From contig NIVC01003324.1 of the NCBI GenBank assembly GCA_002269645.1, forward strand, positions 40,137 to 104,136: a stretch of DNA of 64,000 nucleotides. The letters run 5' to 3'. Every line of letters begins with the position of its first letter. Within the stretch, counting starts at the first letter, position 1. The notes beneath the pieces are model-generated. The model searched no databases. It was not told the origin of the DNA and was given only the letters and a program-made list of their open reading frames with translations. The DNA is from Macrostomum lignano. Its lineage: Eukaryota. Of the stretch, positions 36,548 to 47,511 are shown piece by piece. Made by a program: the position numbers and the translations under genes.

Positions 36548-37782
36548 GTTTTCAGGCTCGAGAACATACCGCTGCTCGCCCAGTACCTCGGGGACACGGG
36601 AGCTGACTTATTCCCCAACTCAGGACCGCGCTGCAAGCGAAACCGACGGGTTCTTTTGAGCGACGTCACTTCGGTGGAAGTCATTGGTCGCCAGGGGCCA
36701 GCGGAATGGGCGGTCTCCGCCTCCGCACCGCATCCACCGGTCAGTGCGCAGACAGCTTAAGTGGTACTGTAGTTCAGTACATGTATTTGACAAGTTAGCA
36801 TGTACATAGCTAATGAAAATGCACCAGCTATCGTGCAGCCTGTACCTGTACCTGAGATTGAGCATCTTCATTTTGTTTTTGATGGAATTTTAATATCAAT
36901 CTAATCTAGCTACTTCCTTGTCCATGTTAGAATTTTAGTAGTGACAGAGGCGCATATTAGTATTACATGCTGTATTTTCTTAGCATGGGATGCTTTTTGA
37001 CCTGAAGTACCGTCTTTTTTCTCTTTTGGAATTAATTTAATCTTTATTCTGAAGAATATTGAGACATCTCAGCTAAGAATTGAAAGTTTTAAATTCCTCC
37101 CTTGGTAGTTCGACGGGAGGGAAAATGGCTTGGAATTCCTAATATTAAGTTGTCCATGCATTCACAATCATGCGCTGTAAGGCATGCAGCCAGGCATGTT
37201 TTGAAATGCATTTAAAAACTCCAAAAACATTTTCAGCTACAGGAATTTGCTTACTTTCCCTTTTATGGGTCTGACTCCGGTAGCCATGCAACACCGCTGC
37301 GTGCTGCTCTTCCTTGTCCTGTGCGTGTCGCTCGTTCCGTGTGCCTCTGCCGCAGAGTTTCAGGTGAACTTCTTGAAGAAGCCGCCTGTAATTATCTACA
37401 ACATCTTTTACGAGAAGTACGAGCTCGAACTGGACCTCAAAATCACTGAGGTCGCCACGGAGAGTCCCGACGGGAAGCGGAAAGTCACCGGACTGAAGGT
37501 GATACCTGAACATGGAATGCAAAACCAGGACTTCGGCGCCACCGTGCTGGGTCGAGTGTCCAGCGATGGAGCCTCCGGCAAACTGGTCTTCGTGTGCAGA
37601 ACCTTGCGCAGGTGCATAAACATCAGGAAAAAATCACCAATCATCCGCTCTTCATCCAGCAGGCTGTGCAGTTCGCACCCTTCGGCTTCCAGGGCCCCAT
37701 TCCCACTCAGTTCGGTGCCGTCCGCTCTTCATCAGGCCCTGCACCTCTCGCTGAGGTGGTCTTCCAGAGGCACCTGGACAAC

Positions 37783-40700
37783 CTGTAAGGCAACCTGTAA
37801 GGCATTAAGGTCTTAATTTATTTGCACCACGGTGCAGATAAATGCCGCTACCTCCTCGTGGTCAGAGCGGAGAGCCGCGCTTAACTGCTGCGGCGGCCAA
37901 ATGCGGCAGGACCAAGCGAGGGCAGCGGAGCGCCCGTCGGCGTGTTGAGCGCCGGCGTGAGCGGAACCGACGAGGCCGGCTGCGTGGCGCCGCCCGTCGA
38001 GCTGCCGCGCGGGTCCACTCGGATCCTCCGGGTGGCGCCGGGGACCGTGAGGCTCAACTGCATCGAGCCCCAGCCGTACCACAGGGCATGCTTCGGGTCG
38101 GGACGCTGAACTGCCGCACTCTCAAGGCTGCTTGGCGTAGAGGGGTGCTGGCGAAGCTGGCGTACGACCTGGCGTACGATCTGAGCTGCGACATCATCTC
38201 GCTGCAGGAGGTGTCTATCAAGGCCGACCCGGGACTTCATTGTGAGGACTTGGGCGCCGGGTGGACCCTCTACTATACTTCTGCGGACCAGCGAGGCCGT
38301 GGAGGAGTTGGAGCGCTGATCGGGCCGAGGCTGCAGCAGAGCTGTCGCTGCGTCTCCCTGTCCCCTCGGTTGCTTCGGATCGACGTCCGGCTACGCGGTC
38401 GGAATGCTCGCCTGTTCTGCGCGTACGCGCCCCCTGCCACACGCCCTGACGAGGCTCAAGAGTTTTTCGAGCAGCTCTCAGTGCAGGTAGAGGCGACGGC
38501 GCAGCGTGACACAGCGGTCGCCCTCGGAGACCTGAACGCAGTCCTGCGTAGGTCCGAGAGGTCGCTGTTCGTGACGCCACGCGGGAACAACAACACCGAG
38601 GCACTGGAGGACTTCCTGGAGAGGCAGGACATGTTGTCGGCCAACACCCGCTTCCGCAAGCCACTGAGCGGTCTCGCAACCTTCGTTGGCTGCAAGCGGA
38701 GGCGACGGAACGCGCGTGGCAGGAACGCAACCCGGAGACAAGCACAGCTCGACCACGTGCTCGTGCGTTTCCGTGAGCGTCGTCGCGCCGTCAACTGCCG
38801 AACCATCACGCCGCTGGCTCTGCGGTCCGATCACCGGCTCCTCATCTGCGACCTCAACCTTCGCGATCCGCTCTACCGTCCGCCGAAGCGGCCACCGCGG
38901 CGCTACTACCGCGCGCTCAGAGCCACCGATACGCAGCGTCGCTTTGCTAGCGCCTTTTACACCGCGCTGGGCGACAAGCGTGGAAGTGCCGAGTATGCGA
39001 TAGTGTGCGCTGCAGTCAGAACCGCCGCGGAGCAAGCAGTCCCGATGATGCAACCGGCTCAACGTAGGCAGCCGGTCTGGCAGGACGACCCTGCGATTCA
39101 GGCAGCGAGGGAAGATCTGGAGAAGCTCCGCTTGAGCAGGCGACCAACCCGCGAGGCAGAGGCAGCTCTGGCAGCTGTCTACCTGCAGCGCCAACAAGCG
39201 GCTGTCGATGACGCCATTCAGGCTGTCTCTGCCGCTGGGCCCGATGCCAGAGGGCGCGTGGCCTGGTCCGCCATCAACGCTCTGACGGGACGAAAGCGGC
39301 GCAATCCGCTGAACCTGGCTGGTGACACGCCGGACGAGCGTAGGAACGAGCTGCGCGAGTTCTTCGCCGCCATCGTCAACGCGCCGCCACCCCCGCTGCC
39401 AGACAGTCTGACGCTGCCGCCGGAGACGCCGCTGCCGGCAGAGGAGAGTTTCAGCGTAGCCCCAGTCAACGCAGCCGACGTTGTCAAGCTCGCCCAGCAG
39501 TCACCGGGCGGGAAAGCGCTGGGTCCGGACGAGGTGCCCATCGAGGCGCTGCGCATCCCCTGTGTGGCCGCTGAGGTCGCCAGAGTGATGAACCGCGTGC
39601 TCTTCGGTGAGGCGGCGCCCAACGAATGGACAACGGCGCACATCGTCGCTGTTCCAAAGAAGCCGGGCACCACTAGGCTTGAAGACCATCGAGGCATCTG
39701 CCTTCAGTCCTGTGCAGCGAAGCTGTTCAACCGGATGCTGCTTTCGCGGTTGCAGCCCGTGCTGGATCCGTACCTGCGCCCAGAGCAGAACGGGTTCCGG
39801 CCCCATCGCGGCACAGTGGCGCAGATCCTGGCTCTTCGCCGAGTCATCGAGGAGGCGCGGATTCGTCAGTCGATCCTGATTTTAATCTTTATTGATTTCA
39901 AGAAGGCATTCGACTCGGTTGTCAGAGCCGTGCTTCCAATGGTGCTCCGCGCGTACAACGTGCCTGAGCAGCTGATCTCCGCCATCATGGCGATGTACCG
40001 TGATACGACAGCTGCTGTGACAACACCGGACGGCCTATCGGACTCCTTTGAGACATCCTCCGGAGTGCTTCAGGGAGATACGCTGGCGCCGTTCCTGTTC
40101 GTCCTGGTGCTTGACTGGGTGCTGCGGACTGCTCTTCCTACCGACGACGACGGTTTTCTGCTGCAGCGACGCGTGGGTCGACGTCAACCGGAGAAGCGGC
40201 TCAGCGTGCTTGGCTACGCCGACGACCTCGCCCTGCTGTCCTCGACCGTCGAGGGCGCCCAACGGCAGCTGGACAGGCTGGTTGCCGTTGCGGCGAGTGT
40301 CGGCCTGGTGGTCAACACGCAGAAGACCGTTGTGCTCTGCGTGCCGGACGACATCGAGGCTGCAATATTTTGCCGAGGCGCTGACGGGCAGGCGACCGAA
40401 CTCCCGCGATGTCAGCAGTTCGTCTACCTCGGCGGTCTGGTTCCAGACGCTCGCGAGGACCTGCGACGCCGCCGCGGGCTTGCCTGGGCTGCCTTTCGTT
40501 CTGTGAGGGCAGTCCTGCAGTCCGAGGCCCTACCGGACCGCCAGAGGGCGGCGCTGTTCCAGGCGGTAATCGAGACCGTCCTGCTGTACAACGCCGAGAC
40601 CTGGACGCTGACGGACTCACTCGAACAGCAAGTCGATGCGGCGCACGCTGCTCTGCTGCGCGCCGCCTTTAACATCGGCGTCGAGCGAGTCACCAACGCG

Positions 40701-41016
40701 GCACTCTATCGCCGCGCTGGCCTGCCACGTCCAAGTGATCTACTGCGCCGTCGGCGACTCCAGCTCGCAGGCCATCTCATCCGCGCCGAGTCGTACTGCC
40801 CACAGCCGGTGCAGGAGGTGCTGCTGCTCACGCTGCAGGCACCCTACCGGCGAGGTCAAGCGCGAACTCGGCGTTATGTCGACTGTCTGCTGGCTGACGC
40901 CGGCGCCCCGGACACTGCCGGTGGCGCGGCCTTTGTTCGCGCCCAAGCCATGAAGCGCGCCCTGTGACGCTGACTTTTACCATCATGACAGCGTATTTTG
41001 TTGTTGTTGTTGTTGT
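37783..41016 (+). mobile_element. RTE-type non-LTR retrotransposon with an uninterrupted EN-RT ORF (37842-40967; likely Met at 38088)
   Basis: APE motifs (GTLNCRTL, LQE, GDLN, LDH, SDH), RT motifs (EQNGFR, DFKKAFDS, QGDTLAPFLF, YADD), no RNase H. Short 3' UTR with an ACGCTG/CAGCGT stem, (TTG)n tail, 8-bp TSD TGGACAAC (37775-82 / 41017-24). Confidence 0.93.
37795..37908 (+). ncRNA. HDV-like self-cleaving ribozyme fold at the 5' end of the RTE LINE (first P1 nucleotides missing)
   Basis: P2 TGCCGC 37843-48 / GCGGCA 37903-08; P3 ACC/GGT with L3 TCCTCGT; P1' CAGAGC then GG (P1.1 with the L3 CC); P4 GCCGC...GCGGC; GG-C-CAA junction with putative catalytic C37897. Confidence 0.7.
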
Positions 41017-42326
41017 TGGACAACAGCCTCTCGTTCGCCCAGAACTGGCACGGCTACGTGAAAGGATTCGGAGATCCCAACGGCAATTACTGGATGGGTG
41101 AGTAGAGTAATCTGTTTACATCAGCTCACTATAAACCTGTGCATCAGTAAGAACTGCCAACTTAGCTACAATAACTTACTGAGTGATACTGATTAATTAG
41201 AGCAAAACTAGCAACACCAGCAACCAGTAAATATCAGACTCAGTCTGGCTCAGGGTATCAAGTAACAAAGATAGCCCATAGCACTCACCGACAAACAGAA
41301 AGAAGGCTATCCGGTTTAGGGTGTTAGTTGAACAGGCCAACAACGGCTGCATAAGTCGCTTCATACGCAATAGAGATGTCATGCTGTAAATGTACAAAAT
41401 GTACAAAATTCAGGAAGACTCATTTGGCGCTTTTGAGCGCTGAAATGATGAAACACTGCACTGCTTGGCGCAGATGAAGTTGCTAAACCTGTCAAATGGT
41501 TCATGGTGTTCGAGAGTGGTTCCAGCTGGTGGAATTCGAAGGTTATCTGAAAAAAAACGCATTGTGGTAAAAATTTAAATCTCAAATAAATTTGTTGTGG
41601 GCCCCTTCAGAGTGACGCATGCAGCCCAACCAGTCGAAAGCTGCGACCCTCAGGTCCCCAGTCAGGGCTCCCAGTCAGAAGCAGGAAAATAACAGTAACT
41701 CATGATGCACGGTACAGTATGGGAGTTGAGGCGCAAGGTGGCGTGATCAGATCAGTCAGAGTTCGCATTGATTATTGATTAAGAAAACATGGAGGGGTGG
41801 GGCAGACTGGAAGGGTTGGGCGGGGCACGAGGACGAAAAAGGGCACGATGGCCCAACAAATTAAAACAGTTTTTTAACTCATCAATCTGACAGGTTTAGA
41901 GCAGCTTTTAGCCATGACAAAAGACCGCAATTGCAAGCTCATCTATGAGGGAGTCCGGATCAACGGCACAGTTTTGCGTGCGACTTTCAAGGGCTTCGGT
42001 TTGGGCGGAGCGGACGAGAATTACAAGCTGGTGCTCGGAGACCAGGAGCCGGGTGGCGATCTCTGGAGGAAGTTGGCAGCGAGACACAACGGAATGCAGT
42101 TCAGCACCTACGATGCGGATAACGATAGGCGGCAGGCAGGAGCGTGCACAAAGGATGAAGGAAATAATGCTGGCTGGTGGTTTAACAACTGCCATTACTT
42201 AAATCCAAATGGTTTGATTCCCACCTCATCGCACTGGAACTGCTGGGATTATTGCTCAACATTTGATGCAAACGGAAAGTGGGCGTGCATAAAGAGCACG
42301 AAGCTGTCCTTCAGCTGCAGCTGAGA

Positions 42327-42640
42327 CAAACCTGCTGGACCGGCTTCTGAGGGGACTGAGCAGTCTGCAACTGTGCAACTTCCACCTAATAAATTAAATT
42401 AACTGAGACTCATATGAGCAGCTGAGTTTGAGCTGAGGCTTTGTGACCTCAGTAAATAAATGCGCGATGCAGACTGTTGCAGCAGGCTTGACTAATATTC
42501 GACTGGCTCTCTGAATGTTATTGGGGTATTGAAGGGCTGGAGTGCGCAAGGGGTGCAGAACAATCGACACAGAAGTGTTAAAGTGCAAATGTAGAGTGAG
42601 AGTGGATAAAAATGGAGAAGTCGATGACAGAGGAGAATAC
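42327..42640 (+). repeat. Direct repeat of about 310 bp (FReD 3' flank), second copy at 47146-47455
   Basis: CAAACCTGCTGGACCGGC...GAGCAGCTGAGTTTGAGCTGAGGCTTTGTGACCTCA...GTGGATAAAA is shared with scattered differences. Confidence 0.85.
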
Positions 42641-43035
42641 AGTGCTGTGTCTGCGTAGCTGGAATGCATCAACAGCTGCCTATACGCGTTGTCTCTGGGC
42701 CTTTGAGTTTGTGTTCTCACTTTCTTAAGATAGATGTCTAGCGGTCTAAGGTTCTTACAGCTCTAATTTCTCCAATCAGGCCGTCAGAGAAAACCGTATA
42801 AACTGACGGGATCTCCTAGTATCTAAGCTGAGTTTGAGTCTTTCTAGGATTTGCTCTGCGTGACAATTAAGACAAATAATTATATTGAAGACTTAGATTT
42901 GTGCCAATTGGATAATCCAGAGACTAATTCAAAGGGAGCAATTCGAGATCGAAAACTGCGCAAGAAAAAACGAAGCGCCGCTCCAGTTTGAGATAGGCGT
43001 CTATTTATACCAATTAGCATTTTTATCTCCCCCGC

Positions 43036-43571
43036 GGGTGGGTTTCACAAACGCGAAATTTCATAACCGCAAAAAGCACTAGCTTTCATAAACGCGAAAC
43101 TTCACAACCGCGAAACTTCATAACCGCTAATTTTTTTGCAGTCACTTTCATAAACGCGAAACTTCACAACCGCGAAACTTCACAACCGCTAAATGTCATC
43201 TACTTTCACAACCGCGAAACTTCATAACCGCGAAACTTCACAACCGCTAAAAATTTTGCACATACTTTCATATACTGCAGTCTTTTTAGCGGTTGTGAAG
43301 TTTCGCGGTTGTGAAGTTTCGCGGTTGTGAAAGTAGATGACATTTAGCGGTTGTGAAGTTTCGCGTTTGTGAAGTTTCGCGCTTATGAAAGTGGGTGATT
43401 TAGCGGTTGTGAAGTTTCGCGTTTGTGAAGTTTCGCGTTTATGAAAGTGACTGCAAAAAAATTAGCGGTTGTGAAGTTTCGCGGTTATGAAGTTTCGCGG
43501 TTGTGAAAGTAGGTGATTTAGCGGTTGTGAAGTTTTGCGGTTGTGAAATTTCGCGTTTGTGAAAGCAACCC
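43036..43571. mobile_element. Foldback-like palindromic element whose long inverted arms are built of 16-bp repeats (CACAACCGCGAAACTT)
   Basis: The left arm (43036-43262) and right arm (43284-43571) are reverse complements including the unique linkers (AAATGTCATCTACTTTCA / TGAAAGTAGATGACATTT; TTTTTTTGCAGTCACTTTCA / TGAAAGTGACTGCAAAAAAA). Confidence 0.8.
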
Positions 43572-46570
43572 TCGCAAATCTGTGTTGAGTTGGATAAAAT
43601 TTGGGACAGAAAGATTATAGAAAAAGAGCATTTTTTCCGTCTCTTGACTCTGTCCATGGATGATTAAACAATCCTCTCTCTCTCTCTCGAATGTCAAGCT
43701 TTTGGGGTCGATCTCGCCTTCTTAGGCCTCTTCAGATTGGATTGGAGTCCGTGGGTGGGCCGCACGTTTTCCTTCCTCAGGGTGCGCCAGAAATCTGCCG
43801 CGTGCCGCGTGCTGCGTTGTTCCCTAAGTCGGGCTGCTACTTGATTTACTTCTCCGGCCGGTTTGAGTGCCGTTGTGCCTGCGGCGGGGTGTTGCTGCTC
43901 ACTGGAATGGGAGGGGCTTAATTAGAATCGGTCCTTATTATTTGGCTTGATTAATTGCCTTAATGCTGCTTCTCTTCTGTTTGCCCTTTTAATAGCTAAG
44001 ATATCTAGGGGTTCCATTGTGCTTTTCTGTCTCACTCTTTGCTGCGCCGCTTGGGCATTTCATAAATTTCTACCTATCTTTTAACTTAGAGTAAAACTTC
44101 AGATTTCTAACTCTTATACTGCCGAGACACTCCGGTCCCCCTGCCTGACTGGTCCGTTCCCAGAACAAAATTTCGCTCCGTTCCCAAACCCGCATCGCAC
44201 CCTAAAGAAGCGTAAAGAGGCAGCTCACGATGACTCCTACGGGGGCGGCGAGCTCGATGGCTCTGCTTGCCATTTTGTTCTGCTGTTAGCACGGTCTGGC
44301 TCAGCAGAGCCTCATGTACTTGTTCGGTGTCAGGAGATCTGGCCCTGGAGGAATCTAGCACGCTGACGAGTGCGTCAATGGCTGAAACACGAGTGCTGAA
44401 ACACGATTATTTGATCCAACATGTGTGGCTAAAGTAGACAAGGGTGGAGCGGGGGGTGTGGAGTTTGACTTGAACCATAGACAAAATATGCGCGAGCTAG
44501 TCTGAACATTCTTGCACGATGGAAAGAAGATTATGCTTGTAGTCTATGGCTGTTATGCTAAATATAGAAACATTGCGCATTACATTCTTGCACGATTGAC
44601 ATTCCTGCACGGAGTGCACATGTAAATTCAAGGTGCTTTTACCATAGACACTTGCATTTCTGCACGCATATGGCGACTTCCAAAGCATTCTTGCACGCTG
44701 GATCAAATAAGAATGATATATTCCTGCACGGTCACGAGTGCGGGAATGACATCTGCACGAGTGCGCGCTAGCGCACGAGTGCACGATGTCCTTCACGCAC
44801 GAGTGAACGTGAAGGAATTCCATTGTCGGATGATTCATCGTGCAGGAATGCACAAAACCGTGCAGGAATGCATTTCTGCGCCTAATGCTTTTTCAGTGAG
44901 ATTTTACCATAGACATCCATTCCTGCACGCAAAAGAGTGCAAGAATTCCATTCTTGCATGGAAAATCAGCCGACAATGGGTTGGGTGCGACTTCCCGCCG
45001 TTCCACCATGTCTTGCCCCAGCACAGTCTGCTCCTGCAGAACTAACAGGTTCTGCTGAGCCGAAACAAAGCAACGCAAGCACACGAAATTCAAAAGCGCG
45101 GACTAAATTTTTGTTGCGCACCTTCTCAAACAAGAATCAAATCGCCAGCTCTCCGGACCGTAGGGATATTTATTCAACGATTCTGCCAGAAGGTCGGATT
45201 TTTCCTACAAGCTCCATTGTATTCACTGCACCCCTGTGCGCCAGTCAGCACTGCGCCTCAGTGCAGCCTTGCCAAGCCTCCAAATTTCATCAGCACGTCG
45301 ACGACATGTGTCTGCATCAGATCTGGCTTCGTTTTTCACTGGGCTTTACTCAGGCGGAGCTTCTGGACCTTCAGCAGGTAGCAACAGGCGACTATGGACA
45401 ACCTTTTGCGAATTTCTCGAGTTTTGATGGTCGAGCCTCAACTGCTGGACACCATCAGCTGCATGGCCTCTCAAGCATTTCATCATCACCCGACGCACTC
45501 GGCACCTTCAAAACAGTTTTTTAGTTAAAATGTATTCTAATAATAATGACCACCATTGATTGTAAAACAATATCACATTTTGAACTTCGTCTTAAGAGAC
45601 AAAGGTTTCTTTTTATATTTGAATATTTAAAAAACTATGAATTCAAAACTTTTTCCAAATTAGCTCGTATTTACTTTACAATATAAGTGGAGGTAGGAGA
45701 TCATTTACTTTTGATCGAATTTTATGTCAAAAAAGGACTCAGAAATGGACGAGAGTCCAGCGCGCTTTAGGGAGCATCAACTGGATAGTTTTCAAGACTT
45801 AAAGTTAATTAATTAGTTAAAATTTGAAGATCTACACAACTTGGAGTATCTCTCTGATGTAACTTCATTTGCCTGGTTTAGTTTTATGGATGTGGCTCAG
45901 ACTTCGAGCTTGAACTTCTCCAAAACACAGCCTTCGATCTGAAGTTTTAGCAAACGTTTTTACAGTATTTTTGTACGAATGCCGTCTCGAATTTTAGTAT
46001 AGTGGACTAGCAACCTGCAGCCCCCGTTGGGGAAACAACAGAGAATTAAAACTTTTTGAATAAAATACACAGCTATATTTTCTGTGCTCAAAGAATCTGA
46101 GCAACTACATAAGCCTTGACTCTGTTATTTATTTTGATTTTGCTTAGTCTGCTACAGTTTAAAAAGCTCTTTAAAGCTTTTCAGTTTAAAAAAAGAAAAA
46201 CATGTTTTACGCTCGTAATTGATTTGCAGCATTAGAAGTTAGGCCTGTTCAAATTTAGGCTAGCTGTCATCAAATCGATGACATGAATTGTTGCACTTGT
46301 AATTAAAGCATGTTTTGTGCATGTCGTGTCCTTCTACTTAAGTAGTTCGTACGATGAAATTGCGGCAGAACATAGCCGGTCTCCCCGGGCCTATCATCAG
46401 CTTATTCATTTATAGTCTATGGCCCAACAGCTTTTTTATTTATAGTCTATGGCCCAACCACCGCCCTCTTTACGCAGTCGCACGCACGCAGACTCTTACC
46501 CTGAAATAATGACCGCTTCCGGCACGCTGAAATAATGGCCAGGCTGTGTCTTATAGACAATGACGTTGCA

Positions 46571-46633
46571 TAGTAGGTAAGGGGCTGAAATAATGGCCAT
46601 AGTTTGGCCATTATTTCAGCCCCTTACCTACTA
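46571..46633. other. Perfect 29-bp inverted repeat with a 5-nt loop (63-nt hairpin)
   Basis: TAGTAGGTAAGGGGCTGAAATAATGGCCA-TAGTT-TGGCCATTATTTCAGCCCCTTACCTACTA. Confidence 0.9.
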
Positions 46634-47145
46634 CACAATCTACCATTGTTCAACTCTCTGACCCTCAAGTGTACAATGCCTGCCCCGTCACTCTGCAGCC
46701 AATCAGCTTGCACGCTTTTTGTTTACCAGGCGCAACTCCACCCAACGCAAATATCGATTTCTAAATATATATATTGGCGCTCAAGGCCGCGCAGTGTCCA
46801 AGCCTTTTTTACCTCTAAAGAAAATCTAGATTGGCCTACATTACCCCCCCCCCCAAGGCACAGTGAAGTGTACATGCCTAACGATAATATAGAGTTACGG
46901 CCGTTGTACACTCCTGTGTGAGTGTGTGCCTGCGTACGTATCCGCGCGCTTGTATGCCTGCTCAGGGGAGTCGGCGGAATGGGCAGCAATGCCTCTCGCC
47001 GGTTGTGTGTTTATGTCGCTTAAAGTGCGCCAGGGTGCACACAAACCCCCTTCCTCTAATAAAAAAATCTACATTGGCATCGCTAGCAATATTGTTTGTG
47101 CCTCTACAACTGCCCCCACCAGAGCCTTTCGATACTCAGAAAGAG

Positions 47146-47455
47146 CAAACCTGCTGGACCGGCATCTATTGGGGACTGCGCAGTCTGCTGAACTTTCACC
47201 TAATTAATTACATTAACTGTGATTAACAGAGACTCAAATGAGCAGCTGAGTTTGAGCTGAGGCTTTGTGACCTCATTAAATAAATGCACGATGCAGACTG
47301 TTGCAGCAGCCGTGATTAATATTCGACTGGCTCTCTGCATTTGTTTTTGGCTTTTAAAGGGGGTAAGCATAAGGGGTGAACAATCGACTCAGTAGTATTG
47401 AAGTGAAAATGTAGTGTGAGGGTGGATAAAATAGAGATGTCAGCGGCAGAGGAAA
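47146..47455 (+). repeat. Second copy of the 42327-42640 segment
   Basis: Alignable by eye over about 310 bp. Confidence 0.85.
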
Positions 47456-47511
47456 ATATTGGGTCGAGTGCGGCTCCCGCCACATTTCCATCATCTCTTA
47501 TATGTACCCCA

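Larger units (their letters stand above)
37286..42324 (+). pseudogene. Secreted fibrinogen-related-domain (FReD) gene disrupted by a LINE; reconstructed exons 37286-37782 + 41025-41097, 41894-42324 (333 aa if one A is added in the A6 run near 37626)
   Basis: Signal peptide MQHRCVLLFLVLCVSLVPCASA. Removing the LINE restores EVVFQRHLDN|SLSFAQNWHGYVKGFGDPNGNYWMG|LEQLLAMT...HNGMQFSTYDADND...GWWFNNCHYLNPNG, the FReD signature. Confidence 0.85.

Noticed and set aside
38218-40946. Antisense and alternate-frame ORFs within the RTE LINE
   Set aside because: These are shadows of a GC-rich coding sequence with no independent motifs.
44355-44405. Hammerhead-like CTGACGA...GAAAC
   Set aside because: Stem II does not pair and there is no stem III/NUH in the right place.
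43691-45524. ORFs 43691-43921, 44107-44361, 44713-45045 and 44937-45524 as genes
   Set aside because: No recognisable domain, splice context or codon signal; they overlap repeat-like sequence.
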